Of a stretch of 64,000 nucleotides of DNA, positions 27,043 through 40,914 are shown piece after piece (the first letter of the stretch is position 1; every line of letters starts with the position of its first letter). Below the pieces are notes generated by a model. That model was given only the letters and a program-made list of their open reading frames with translations. It ran no database searches and was not told the origin of the DNA. Source of the stretch: Chiloscyllium plagiosum. Its lineage: Eukaryota. The stretch is from NCBI RefSeq assembly GCF_004010195.1, contig NC_057718.1, positions 51,479,941 through 51,543,940 of the forward strand, in the 5' to 3' direction. A program made the position numbers and the translations under genes.

Positions 27043-28244
27043 TGCTGTATACGTATGTACTTATGTACAAGCATATCAAAAGAAAAGGGGATCTTGTACC
27101 AATCTTGGGCTCTTCATTTTCAATGTTACCCTTTGGGAAGTCCAGCATAATGCATAACATTAAATCCCTTATGGAACATACAAAGCCCTGAAGGCAAGTC
27201 ATCAATCAAAAGCTTCCACTCTGCAGATAACACTGAGACTGCCTGGAATCTGGACTGTAAGGTACGGTGAACCAAGAGCAATAATCTGAAGTGAACATCA
27301 GATAAAATTAGACTGTGATTGATAAACAGAGTCTCCCTGAAAATAATCATATACATTATACTACTATCTAAACTATACTCTTTTAACAAACTAGACCAGG
27401 CTACATGTGGGTGAGATAGGACACACACAACCATGCTGTCTTCTTTAATTGCTGCAGTCCATGTGCCATAGGTACACCCAGAGTGCTATTGGGAAGAGAA
27501 TTCCAGGATTTTGAGTCAGCAACAATATTGAAATACCAAACACAGATATCAGATGTGATGATATGAGGGGACTGGGAAGATAAGAGTACATAGGGAATTA
27601 AGAGAATTGGGGCAGGTAAGAGGTTATAATGGACTGTGGAGGTGGTATATAATATAAAGTTGCAGAAGTAAATGTGGGACTTCGAGCTATTAGATAACAT
27701 GTTGAAATGAGGGACCATGGAGTCAGCATTAGTCAATGATATTAGTGGCCAGCAAAAGGTGGGTGAATGTATGGGGCATGAAGGCTAGATGAATCTAACA
27801 ACCTTTCATACAGACGGTCTAATGTCTCAGAGAACCAAGTCAGGCATTTGCCCACCTCTATGGCCTCTTCTACACAACCTCCGGAGGTGATGGTTCAATC
27901 ATGTCCTTGCTTCCCCATACCAGCTTCTTCTCCCCCATTACTATCATCATCACCCTCTTCCCCAAATGCAAAAAAACCATGCATGCTGGATTCCTTTTTA
28001 TGGGGGGGGGAGGGGGTTAGTCAAGTCAGGAAATTTTCTAAATGGACCTTTCTGACTCGATGACTGAAATCCAGGCACATCTGTCAAAATATGCAAGTAT
28101 CCAACTATCCAGGGACCAGAAATGTGGGCCAATTTACATTTATCCCTTAATCAACATCAGGAAAAACTGAAACTCACCTCACTCTTCTTCAAACTTTTGC
28201 TACTGGAATTTTTTTAAATACTTACCCAAGCAGGCAGCTAGCAG

Positions 28245-28395
28245 CTGATTTAATATTTTGACCTGAAAGATGACACCTCTACCGGTGCAGTGCTCCCTCA
28301 GCTAACCTTACCTTTTGTGCTCAGGACCTAGTCTGAGACTTGAACCTGAAATTTTATGATTTAGAGGTTACAGTCTTACCAACTGAGCATGATTG
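28245..28395 (-). mobile_element. Decayed tRNA-head Deu-domain SINE (SacSINE1/AmnSINE1-like)
   Basis: Minus strand: gctcagttggtaag...aggttcaagtc...ctgagggagcactgcacc...aggtgtcatctttcag. Confidence 0.55.
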
Positions 28396-28974
28396 GCACT
28401 CAATGAAGACACATAAAAAGAATACATTAAGTGATTTTCAATTAAAGCACAAAATAGTTGGATTTTATTTTGATTATCTGATAATTATGGCAGACTTGCA
28501 TACTGAAAAACATTGCATTCTATGGATTTGATGATATCTAATGAACCATGTGAACTGAGAGGTGCTGAACTATTATATTCAAGATGCATAACTCACCATG
28601 AAATTACTATCACTGAAGCTAAGCACTTCCATTAAGTGCTGCTTTACACACCCAGCTGAAGTTCTATAATGAGATGACTGCAATTCAGAGTTATTCTAAA
28701 CTACAGAGACCAATCATATGCACATAATATATTCAGTAATATTGTTTAATGAACTGTGTTTCTTGCCTGAACTTCATATAAATCAGTGAGGGATGTTAAC
28801 CAATATCCTTCAAGTAAAAATTAGAACCAATTTAAAACAAAACCATCAGATATCAAAAGAACCTGAAAATATCATGTTTTGCAAATTTAGGGTGCCACAG
28901 TTTATGGATGAATTACTTTTTAATTTATTTTCCAGGATGGTACATATTACATAGTAAAATGAACTTAACTTGAT

Positions 28975-30030
28975 GCTTGCATAGTGGAAATGACATTGGA
29001 CTAGTAATTCAGCAATCAATAGTTTTGTTCTGGGAAGTGGGTTCAATTCCCATCATGGTAGATGGTTGAATTTAAATTCAGCATAAGATCTGGAATTGAA
29101 AACTACTCTTCATAAAAGAGATCATGAAATTACTTAATGGTAAGAGTGTCCCTGAACAAAGGGACCTTGCAGTGCAGGTTCATAGTTCCTCGTAACTGGA
29201 GTGAACAGGATAGTGAAGAAGGCATTTGGAATGGTTGCCTTTATTGGTCAGTGCATTGAGCATAGGAATTGGAAAATTATGTTGCAGCTGTACAGAGCAT
29301 TGGTCAGGACACTATTGGAATACTGCATGCCCTACTAGTGTCCCTGCTATTGGGGAAGGATGTTGTGAAACTCGAAAGGGTACAGAAAAGACTTACAAGG
29401 ATGTTGCCAGTGTTGGAGTGTTTGAGTTATAAAGACTGGCTAAGTAGGGGCTATTTTCCCTAGAGCATCAGAGGCTGAAGGGTAACTTTATTGAAGTGTG
29501 TAAAATCATGTGGGATATGGATAAAGTAAACATATAAGGTCTTTTTCCAGGGGTGTAAGAATCCAATACTAAAGGACATAGATTTAAGGTGAGAGGGGAA
29601 AGATTTAAAAGGAACCTTCAGGGCAACATTTTCACACAGATGGTGGTGCATATATAGAATGAGCTGCCAGAGGAAGTGGTGGAAGCTAGTACAATCACAG
29701 ATTAAAAAGGCATCTGAATGGGTATACAAATAGGAAGGGTTTAGAGGGCAAATGGGACTACCTTAATTTAGGATATCTGGTCAGCATGGATGAATTGTAT
29801 TGAAGGGTCTGTTTCCATGCTCTATTTCTCTTTGACTCTATTGGACAGTTCTGAAAATCCATCCAGATCAATAAATGCCTTTCCTTACCCATTAGTGACT
29901 CGAGATCCTCAACAATGTGGCTGACTCTCATCTAGCCTGTGAAATGGCTGAACAAGCTACTTGTTTGAAGGGCAATTAGGGATGGGAATAAATTTTGGCC
30001 TTGCCAACACTGCATATATCTCATGAAACA
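28975..30030 (+). mobile_element. tRNA-derived SINE split by a CR1 insertion
   Basis: Head gcatagtgg...gggttcaattccc at ~28979-29050; body resumes at ~29840 and ends with aagggcaattagggatggg-aataaa. Confidence 0.6.
29135..29840 (+). mobile_element. CR1 (HER1-like) 3' fragment
   Basis: DVVKLERVQKRLTRMLP; tail gaagggtctgtttccatgct...tgactctat. Confidence 0.85.
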
Positions 30031-32096
30031 ATTTTAAAAGTGGTTTTTAATTTTTAATTAGAGGCATGCTGCAGTCATACATAATAATAATTACACATTC
30101 TGAAAATTTCAGCTCAGCTGCAATGCTCCTGAAATGGAAGAACCTGTTGGTCACACTGATCTTGAAGAGGTTGCAACTTCAAGACTAGGAAAGGCAATGA
30201 ATAATGGAGATTAAGTGCTTGAGTTTAATTGGGGAAGGCAAGAAGACTGAATGCAGTTGCTGCAAAGCTCAAGGGGATTTTCAGGAACATAATTAGAGGT
30301 AACTTTCACTCTGTTCACTCATGAAAATTCCAAAATGGAAAACCTGCCAGGCACTGAACTGAGACTTCATTTTATATACATCAAAATCATCAATCAATGA
30401 CTTACATATTAACTTAATAATCGTGTCTATATGCAATTGGCTCCAAACTTACCATTGTTTTTTTTTATTTTAACGATAGGAACAATTTATTGAAAACAAT
30501 TTGATGTGACATTTGATAACTCATCTTCTAGTGAGTATGGAAAGAATGAAGCATTTTTATTTCCTGCTTATGCATCAATTTCAAAATGTATCCTAGGTCA
30601 ATTATGGTTAATGTAAGTAGCTTAATGGTTGAACACAGTCAAAGGACAAAGAAGTTTTCAAAGAAATGCTAACCTTAAAGTTAATTATTATAATATCAGA
30701 CCTAATTTAAGATCTGACTCTGAAACAGAAAACATTTTCTTTCCAAATAAAATGTGGACAAAGTGTAAGATCCAGGAGATTTAAAAAAAGAAAACATTCC
30801 ATGGTTTTGAACTATACTGTACTATACAACATTAAAATAATAATACAATCTATAATATATGTCAACTTATTTCAAACACCGAATATTATCATGATAAATA
30901 TGGTAATGAACTGTGTTCAATTATCCCACAGCACATATCATATAATAAACATGATCAAGATCAATCTCAGATTTCTCAGCGATTCCCCCAGAGATTAGGA
31001 ACATTGGGGTTATCAATTTTTATTAAACTTCACAACTTTAATTCTTCAATTCTGTTGTTCCGTCTTTGAAACACACTCTTAAGAGCTGCTCCCTCATGAA
31101 CTCCGCACTGCCTCAATAACTGCTCCTGTTCTCCTTCCTCTCCCGGGCTTGCACTCTTCTGGTGTTCAGAAGCCATACTCCATCATAGGCATGAATCCAG
31201 CTTTTCACCCTGCCAAAACAACGTCTAGATTTTCTTTTGAGCTCTAATCCTGCTCACTTCATTCAGAAAAACTGCTTGTGGCTTTTCAACCCCAACTCAC
31301 AGCAGTATGGAATGATTAGTGGCATGTGGATTTTCTGAACTCCCACTAAAAGAAGCTATTCAATTACTGTAGGACTTTTCTGAGTTCTCACAACACAAAA
31401 GCTCTGCAATTTAGCAGCATGGTTAACAGCAGTATTTCATAACTTTGGGCTGAATCTTACATGTATTTGATTAAGTCCAAGTTGCATTCAGTTTTTTTAG
31501 GGTTTTTCATCATGAAACCAAATGAGTTCTCCCAACATTTCTTACAAACTCATTAGTTACCAACTGTACCCTCTGAGATCTCTCATGTTGAATTTCTATT
31601 CCATTTTAACCACATACTGTTCCCAGAACAATTTGCCACTCATCAGATAATCGCCAAAAGACTAGCATCCCTTTACATCCAAATCCTCTTTAAAAACCCA
31701 TTGTGCGCTCTGGACCCATGCAGGGCCATTCCCATGGTTCCTACACAAAATTTCATCTCCTGAAGAAAACTGTCTCCCTGCTTAGCGGAGTCTTGTGTCC
31801 AGTACTGGTGTTCCTGATGCATATTTCACTCTCCCCCCACAATGTCTGGGAAGATTAGATTAAACCTGGTGCAGAATCTTCTCCCCACTAGAGCTATCCA
31901 TATAGCTAGATAAGAGGTGATACCATAATCAAATAGGAACCAGTTGGGTATTCAGTGAAATTGTAGGCTGTTTCTTTAAGCCTGCTTTCAATGTTTGGAC
32001 TGCTCTTTCCGTCAGACCATTAAATGATGGAAGGTATGGAGCTTTTCTTATGTGATAAATACTGGTCCACTTTAGGAAATACTTGCTGCTAGTAAA

Positions 32097-32389
32097 TTAG
32101 ATTAGATTAGATTACTTTACAGTGAGGAAACAGGCCCTTCGGCCCAACAAGTCCACACCAACCTGCCAAAGCGCAACCCACCCAGACCCATTCCCCTACA
32201 TTTACCCCTTCACCTAATGCTACGGGCAATTTAGCATGGCCAATTCACCTGATCTGCACAATTTTGGACTGTGGGAGGAAACCGGACACGGAGAGAATGT
32301 GCACAGTCAGTTGCCTGAGGCAGGAATTGAACCCAGGTCTCTGGCGCTGTGAGGCAGCAGTGCTAACCACTGTGCCACTGTGCTGCCCA
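32097..32389 (-). mobile_element. HE1 SINE (internal deletions)
   Basis: Reverse complement of the 19001-19320 family; (attag)n at the left end. Confidence 0.92.
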
Positions 32390-32465
32390 CAAATGGTGGC
32401 CTGTTATCTGTGACCAACACTTCCTGAAGTCCATGAAGAATGAGTTCAAAGTGAATGAATTGGTG

Positions 32466-32880
32466 CTAATGAGGACTATTAGTGGCTAATGATGGTTGTG
32501 TGTAATTACAGCCCATGTGATAACAAGACCTGATGTGTGGGTGTTGGGGTAAGGACATGGGAGAAGGTGCCTCAAGCCCTAAAACTGTTGAACTCAATAT
32601 TGAGTCCAGAAGGCCATAGAATTTCCAACTCAAAATGAGCTGGTCCTTTTCAAGCCTGCACTGAGCTTTGCTGGAGCACTGCAGCAAGCCTGAGACAGAT
32701 GTTGGTCAGAGAACAAGATAGTGAGTTGAAATGGCAGCCAACTGGAAGCTCAGGGTCTTTTTTGTGAATAGTAACTATGTGTTTTGTGAAGCAGTCACCC
32801 AGGCTACACTTTGTTTCCCCAATGTAGAGGTGACCACATTGTGAGAAGCAAATGAAATAGTTTAGACTGAGTGAAGATTG
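32466..32880 (-). mobile_element. PLE GIY-YIG and 3' UTR fragment
   Basis: YFICFSQCGHLYIGETKCSLGDCFTKH...PELPVGCHFN. Confidence 0.8.
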
Positions 32881-33689
32881 AGTGAAAAGGTTAATCAGCC
32901 CCAATATCCTTAAACTTCTGTTTTGTATCCAAGGACTATCTCAACTAGGTAGGAATGCATGTAATACTTTACCCAAAGGAATAATTGAGAGGCCAATCAT
33001 TTCAAATTCTGTTTCACAACTCTGTCTTCACATCCGGATTTAAAAATTCCAACAACATTGGTTTCTTTAAATTTCCGTGTGTTAATATTTTATGAAGGTA
33101 CAGTAACATACCTTTCACATAATAGTTCAAATGTGTGTTAAGTGAATAATGAGTACTAAAAAAAATCATGTTCATTGCCATTAACAAAAAAACTGAAGCA
33201 AACTTAAATCCAATGTTGAATTGCAATTTTTCAGTATGCTAGATTTAATATTGCTTCTTTCTAACTTATTGGCCCTGAGCTTGTGAGTGGCAGCAGAGTG
33301 GATGTGCTCACCACTGACTTTAATTTAGACTGTCCCTTCCTGTTTTCCACTAGAGTCTTTGAGCCTTCTGCTGTTGGCAAAGATCTAATGATGATCAGAG
33401 TTAGGAGGCCATGTTGCGAGTGTAACGCTAGCGAAGCCACATCCTCTTTTTTGTTATGATCTGAAAATGCAACTCTTAAGGGTCTGTCTTCAATTCATGT
33501 CACTTACACTATTTTTAAATGGAATTGCCATCTTCAACACTGCGCAACCTCTTCACAAGTGCTCACCCTGCCTCACCCCTGTCAATTTTCATCCTCTCTT
33601 CCTTAATTGTTGACAATCCTGATTTCATCTTCTTCAGCATTAACAATGCTTATCCATGAATGAACATGGAGATCCATTTCATACTGAAG

Positions 33690-34900
33690 TCCAGGTCTGA
33701 GGCATTTAATTTGGTGGCTCTGACCTCCATAATTATGTATTGCTTTGAGAGCTTGGTCATGGCTCACATCAACTCCAACCTTCCAGATGCCTTGACCCTT
33801 TTGCAAACACAACAGGTCCATGGCAGATGCCATTTCGCTGACCCTCACTCATCCCTGGATCATCTGGACAACAAAACTACCCACACCAGGCTCCTATGTA
33901 TTGACTACAGCTCCACCTTCAACACCATCGTTCCAAACATCTCTGGTCACTGCTTCTCACTCTTTAGCTGGATTCTCTAATTCCTGACTAACAGACCACA
34001 GTTAGTAAGGATACGTGACAATACTTGCTCCACAATAATCTTCAACACTGGTGCCCCAAAAGGCTGCATACTCAGCCCTCTACTATACTCCTTACATACA
34101 CATGACTGTGTGGCCATATTTCACAGCAACGCCATTTACAAGTTTGCTGACAACACCTTTGTTGTAGATTGGATCTGAAACACTGATGAGACAGAGTACT
34201 GGAAGGAGATAGAGTGCTTAGTTGCATGGTGTAAAGATAACAGCCTCTCCATCAACATCAGCAAAACAAATGAGCTGATCATTGACTTCAAGAAGCAGAG
34301 TGGAGGGCACATTCCTGTCTGAATCAATGGTACTGAGGTGGGAGTGACAATCATCAACAATCTGTCCTTGTCCACCCAGGGTGACACTATGGTCAAGTAA
34401 GCGCAATGCCTACACATTCTCAGAAGAAATTTGGCATGCTCGCAAAGATCCTTCCAAATTTTAATAGATGCACCATGAAAAGCATCCTATCTGGATGCAT
34501 CACAGCGTGATATGGCAACTGCTGTTCCCAAGACCACAAGAAACAACAGAGAGTTGTGAATACAGCATGCAAACCAGTGTCCCATCTGTTGACTTCACCT
34601 ATCCTTCCCACTACATCAGGAAAGCAACCAAACATACTGGTCATACTCTCTTCTACCCTCTTCTGTCAGGCAGAAAATATACAAGTTTGAATACATCTAC
34701 AGATCCAACAACAGCTTCTTCCCCGCTGTTATCAGATTTTTGAATGGACCTCTCAAATGTTAATGTTGATCTCTCTCTGCATCTTCTCAGCAGTTGTAAC
34801 ACTGTATCCTGCATTCTGTTCTGTTACCATGATGCACTTGTATAGTATGATCTGCCTGTACAACCCCCAACAATGCTCACTGTATACTGTTGCACATGAA
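33690..34900 (+). mobile_element. Rex1/Babar-type LINE 3' portion, decayed
   Basis: VALTSIIMYCFESLVMAHIN, HLDNK, IDYSSTFNTI, GAPKGCILSPLLYS, YKFADNT. Confidence 0.85.
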
Positions 34901-35918
34901 TAATGTTCTATACACATTTTGGCTCACCCTTTTCCTAAACAATGTCCAATCCTTCTCTACATGTAATGCCTGTCTTTGCTGATGTTGGTTGGCTAGGAGC
35001 CAAGGATTCCAGATGCTGAGTTAGAGGATGTGGGGTGGAGAAATGTAGCATGCACAGTACTGGATGGGTGCGCTGAGCTGTATTGCTGCGATAATGAGGC
35101 TTCGACAAACCAACAGACTTACTTTGAGCTGCATTCTCCAGCAGACTTCACAACTGTAAAGCTCTCAGTAAATCTGTCTAAAAATCAAGTTAAAAAGAGG
35201 GCAACAGCTAAAGCCTGACCGGAAATGTTCATCGCATCCAGTGTCGTGGGAAATGGTACAGCAATCTCAGCACGGCATGACCAGCAATCAGAATTTTAAA
35301 CTTCCTACATGTGTATCATTATGTGCATGTCAGAGGCTTCCAGAGGGTGTGGAAGTGCAACAGTAATTTAAATTTGTCATTCTCTGCTACCAATATTGAA
35401 AGATTCAGGCCATTGTTTTGCTGTGAGTATTTATTTTAGTTTGTTCATTATTCAGTAAGGCTGCTTGCATTCCAAAGATGCATTGACTAATTTTAGCTTT
35501 ATTCTCTAACCATCTGAAACTTTTCTATCATTTACATTGGGTTTGGGGAGATTGCATCTAGACACCGTGGTGTCCCCACAATTGACACCCCCTCTTTGTT
35601 TCTCCCCATTTGCAGTCCTATTAATGTCCCTTTCTGAGGGCAAAATATGAATGAGGGAAGTAGATAGTCTTTTAGCAGGAGACCAGGAATGCTAATAGTT
35701 TATCAAGCTAGGAAACCTCTACCTGCACCATCCATTGCCATAAGGGCACAGTTTCTGTCACTGGCTGCTTAGAGAAGTGTTTTGTCCCATTTTCTCTCTC
35801 ACATTGAGACTCTCAATTCCTCCGTGCTGAAAGATCTTCTCTTCACCTTCCAGTTTCTAGAACCTGTACTTTGTTCTTAATGGGGCTCCAGGAGACGATC
35901 ACTTAAGTTTTTTCACAG

Positions 35919-36140
35919 CTGAAAATGTGTTGCTGGAAAAGTGCAGCAGGTCAGGCAGCATCCAGGGAACAGGAGAATCGACGTTTCGGGCATAAGCCCT
36001 TCTTCAGTCATTCCTGAAGAAGGGCTTATGCCCGAAACGTCGATTCTCCTGTTCCCTGGATGCCGCCTGACCTGCTGCGCTTTTCCAGCAACACATTTTC
36101 AGCTCTGATCTCCAGCATCTGCAGACCTCACTTTCTCCTC
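35919..36140. mobile_element. Near-perfect fold-back HHR mini-element
   Basis: 91 bp arms (35917-36007/36014-36104, 2 mismatches), 6 nt loop, tail 36105-36140; TSD taagttttttcacag 35904-35918/36141-36155. Confidence 0.9.
36010..36045 (+). ncRNA. Minimal hammerhead ribozyme motif (mirror copy on minus strand ~35976-36009)
   Basis: CTGAAGA 36014-36020, stem II GGGC-TTAT-GCCC, GAAAC 36034-36038, GTC 36039-36041; stem I is weak. Confidence 0.7.
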
Positions 36141-38304
36141 TAAGTTTTTTCACAGTGTATTGAGCGGCATAAAGAAAAATACAGTCTTATATTCCAATTA
36201 GTTCATCTGCCTAGCCCTTGACTCCATATACCCTGACGTTTTTCATGAGTCACACACCAAAGTTAGGCAAACCTTCTTCTTAAACTTACATTGTTCAATT
36301 ATATCTAGCCTTGACACCTGCTTCTTCTTTTCTCATGCATATGCTCAAGAGATGAAAGAGGAAATACATTGCCTATTCAGTCATTAGTCCCCAAAGCTCC
36401 TAAGTAAATTAGTTTCTGTTTCCCCAAAGTAGAAATCTCGCCATATCATCTTATGCTGTGCATTGATGACTTCAGTGTCTTCAAAACATAAATAGGATCA
36501 CTTTTCAAAAGTATCTGAAATCTAAACTCTGCTTTGTCTCCACAGCTTTTTCAGCAATATGTGTTTTTGTGTTTGAAATCTATGTCTGATTGCTACAGTT
36601 GCTCATCACCTTCCAGAAGATCATATCAATAAATGACATTCCATCTATCCCATCAACTTCAATAAGTAACTTCAATGTTGATTCTAAAACATCCTAAATT
36701 TACTTTAACATAAAGGCAACATTTCAACCTAAATACTTTCTGCTATAAGATGATAGAAATATTTGTCATCTTACATTGACAAAACCATTTTGATAATCCA
36801 ATACACAAAAAAAAATCTGCTGATATTACCTCACACCATTTATACAATATTGATTATTAATCTGCTATACAGATTTTTTTCATTAGCTTCTCTATATTAA
36901 GCTGTTAAGATTGGAATTTCCTTTGTTACTAGAAACTTAGTAATGTTGAAAAACCCAACATCAACAAACCATAAAACAACTCACATCGCAATCATGTATT
37001 GAACTAGTCTTATTATAGGAAGAAATCATTTGGCCAGTAGTCCTCCAAGAAGACATAGAATGGGTCCATTAAAAAAAATACTCTCAAAATAGCAGATAAC
37101 CTGTTTTGACTGATGATACACGTTAATGTCTGATATAACAAAAATGAAACTCAAAGAATGCTGTTTTACATTACAGAAACCCATAAGACAGTCGAATGCA
37201 GTTTTTCATTTTTATTTATTTATGGAGACATGTGAATATGGAATGCGCATAAAACATAGGTTTATAAACACTGATGCTTATTTTGTTCTTTCTTGGCATA
37301 TGAGAGAACATTGTCATGCCAAAACAAAATAAACAGTGAGGCATGACAGAAGAAGAACTCAGCTCAGATGAAATCATTCAGTAGTTGGTTAATCAGCCTA
37401 CTTTCAGAGCCCCATGACACACATTTAATTATGTCAGCCTTGAGAAAAAAAGAATTTGCTTTTTTTTCCAATTGCATTACCATAAATGTAATTTTTAATT
37501 GAAGCAATATAATTTGAAATATTTGAAAGGAGGCATTAAGGATGTGCCCAAAACATTATTCACCTGCATTTTCTTGCTGCATGAGGCCTGCATCATTGAG
37601 ACCTGGGTCTCACTCATATAGAATGCAAGGTGTGAGTACCAATTGAGTGTCTACTCTGGAAGATCTGGGATGATGATGAAATGGGCCATTTCTGACATTA
37701 AGAAACCTGGAGAGAACTTTGGCCTTGAACAGGGAGAAGGATTGTGGCAAGGTGGGAATGAGAGGTGATCTCATGCTAGACCTCAAATAGCCGATTCATG
37801 CAAGAATATTTTATAAGGCAGCTACTGCCTGAAATTACAAATTTTCATTTTGTGCATGCCCTCAAAAGATATCTTTATAGAGTTAGACCATTCAATGACT
37901 GGTACAATTCTGCAAAAAAACTTCATTGAAAATCCTCTGTACACAACATTAACACAGTAAGTGCAGATTGAAGCAGAGTCTTTTTTTTCAGACAGGATAC
38001 TTATCTATTTACAGGCCCAATAGAATTTTTTTTAAATCAGTCAAAAGATATTCATGATTTAGGTGCACCAACTTTATTTTTTATTGCTGACCAGATGTTT
38101 ATTCAGGCATGAAATGGATTTCTGGAAGATGAAAATTGCCTTCTTCATTTTGGACTTTGTCTAAAGTTGCGACAATGAATGGCAGGTGACCAGTGTACGC
38201 ATAAAAAGTCCCACTATTAAAGGTTTTATAAGTAGCTACAAAGTGTCTGGTCCCTGAATTGAGATTGATAAGGATTGGCAGTTCAATATACCTTGCATTC
38301 AGGA

Positions 38305-39030
38305 ACATAGAAACAGGAGTAAATCATTCAACCCCTTGAGTCTGCTCTGACATTCAATATGACCATAGCTGACCTGTGGCCTAAATCTATACACCTGCCT
38401 TGGGCACATATCCCCTGATACCCTTGCTTAATGAAAATTTACCTATCTCAGATTTAAATTAAGCAATTGAATTGGCATCGATTGCCATTTGAGGAAAAGA
38501 GTTCTAAACTTCCATTACTTTTTGCATGTAGAAGTGCTTTCTAACATCTCTCTTAAATGTCCTAGCCCTAACTCTTGGAATATGCCCCTGGTTCAAGAAT
38601 CTTCAGTGGAAATAGTTTATATTTATTTACCCAGGGTTTCCCTGTTAATATCCTGAAACCTTTGATTAGATCATCCATTAAACTTTTAAATTCTGGAGAA
38701 AAAAGGCCAAATTTGCTTATTTTTTCTTCATAACTTAACCCTTGAGGTTCAGGTATCATCCTTGTAAACTTATACTGAACTCATTCTCGGGTCAAAACAT
38801 CCTCGCTCAGATTTGTTACCCAGATCTGCTCACAGTACTTTAAGTGAGGTCCATTAGCCTCCTTGACTATTTTCTGTACCTGTTTGTGGCATTTCAAAAG
38901 AATTATGCAACTGAATCTTCAAATCTCATTGGACATCTTCTGTATTTAGCTTTATGCCTTCTAAAAAATACCCCTTTTCGGTCTAAAATGGATAGCCTCA
39001 CACTTGCTTATATTAAAATGCATCCAAGGT
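38305..39030 (-). mobile_element. Older CR1 3' fragment
   Basis: MIPEPQGLSYEEKISKFGLFSPEFKSLMDDLI; tail revcomp tactcctgtttctatgttc. Confidence 0.8.
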
Positions 39031-40914
39031 TAGTGACATGAAGATTGGTTCTGGCACAGGGGATATTTAAAATGGAAGTAGAAATGGGTACAAATGAAAT
39101 ATTTTCCAGCAAAATGTACAGAAATATTTTTGAAAACTTAAATAAACGAAGAATATATTAAATGCTTAAAAAGTAAAGAATACAAAGAAAGCCAGGAAAA
39201 CTATATGAAGAAGAAAGTTGGGAAAGAAGTCAAATTAGAAGGAAAACTAAGATGAACTATGAAAGGAAATAGCAAAGAAAAATACAAAGGTAAATAGTTG
39301 ATGTTGGGGCAGATGCATAGGGCAATATTGGTGTAGAAGGTGAAGGAATATCAGATATATTAATATGCATTTTGTCTCAATTTTCTAAGTGGATGTGGAT
39401 AAGGAAATTGTAAAATCAGCAGCATTACAGTTAGTAGAGGTTATCATTCTAAGAAGATGATACCAAAGAGGTTATTCTAATTTAAATGGAAAAGAAAAGT
39501 ATATTTAAGGATTGTAAGGATTTATTATACAAAAGAAATGGATTCAATAGAAATGATTAAAATTTAAGTCAGGCATGTCACTGCAACCTGATGATTTATA
39601 TTATAGGCACTGAGAAACATTAAAGAAGAAATAACCAAGGCTTGCAGGGAAAAAAATGAAACACTTGTATGATAACAAATATTTTAAAAAAAGGAGATAA
39701 AGGCAAGTGTATATTTGAGGGTAAATAAAACAGATAACCATTTGATGGAACATAATCTCCATTTATCTCATTCATATGAGTTTGCAACTCAAGCCAACTT
39801 CTAAAATGAGCTGGTTAAAGCTGAAAAATTCCAGGTTGGTGCACCACAAAACTAGTCCACATTCATCCTGATCCAGGGAAAAGGGAATGGGAGAAAAGAG
39901 CATTATAAACTCAGGAGCTTGGATTTGCTACATTCTTATTTTGAGCACCAAAGACTACACTGTTCCGTTGGCTCTACAAAAATACAACTGTGAAAAAGCT
40001 TTACCTAAGTCGCCCCCCGTGATTGAGATCAGTTTTGAAGCTGCTCAAGACTTGACACAAGAAGACTGGTTTTCTGCAATGTAAGTTTTACTTGGACTTC
40101 GATAGATTTCAGGAAATCCTGGGACTATGTGGTGCAAACGTCTGTTTTAATACACTTGAATAAACTTGAAAACCTCATAATGCATAGGAACCAGATTAAT
40201 TTGGCTCTGAAAGAACACTGAAGCTGTGACTTGAAAAAAGTCCAGAAAATATTAAGAGATGAAATAGATTAATGGAACATGGAAAAAAAATGAAATACAC
40301 CATTAAAACATGTTTTATATCCCTGAACATTTCTTCCACAGCCGGGTGCTCCTGACAAAGAGTGCTGGTCATTTGGAGCTGAATTTATTTCATCCACTGT
40401 TTTAAATGAACAGAAAATGGTTGCAGATCCACATTTTCTCAACTGATTTTCTCTATGGCTGCCCTTCCTCCTCAGATATATAAGCAGTAAAGCCTTTTTC
40501 AGTCAAGTGGATTTTGGTCTGTGTGGGAGGCAAATTCACTGAAATTGTTAATGGGTTGGGTTATGAATTTTAACTTGTTTTCTTCTTGCCTTCCCTGGGA
40601 TAGATACCAAGGCAAGCGAGGATGAACCTTCAGTTTATGGGGAAAATTATTAAGGCAATTAAAGGTGCCTCCACATTAAGGCAATTAAAGCATTTTTAAC
40701 ATTATCCAACCAGTTTATGTTGTGCCTGTACTCCACCACATAGAAAAGGCAACAGCACAATGGGAACTCATTGTTGAGAGAGATTGATTTGATATACATT
40801 GTAGAGGACTTCAAGACCCTGGAGCAGTGTTGTAATGATATCACAAAGCTGCAGAGTGAGGGCAGAGTTGGACCATTCTATGCTGGGCCAAACTAACTGG
40901 GATTACAGCGATAA

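Noticed and set aside
39954..40080. Plus-strand exon-like segment DYTVPLALQKYNCEKALPKSPPVIEISFEAAQDLTQEDWFSA ending at gtaagt
   Set aside because: Good donor but weak acceptor, no partner exons and no recognised homology
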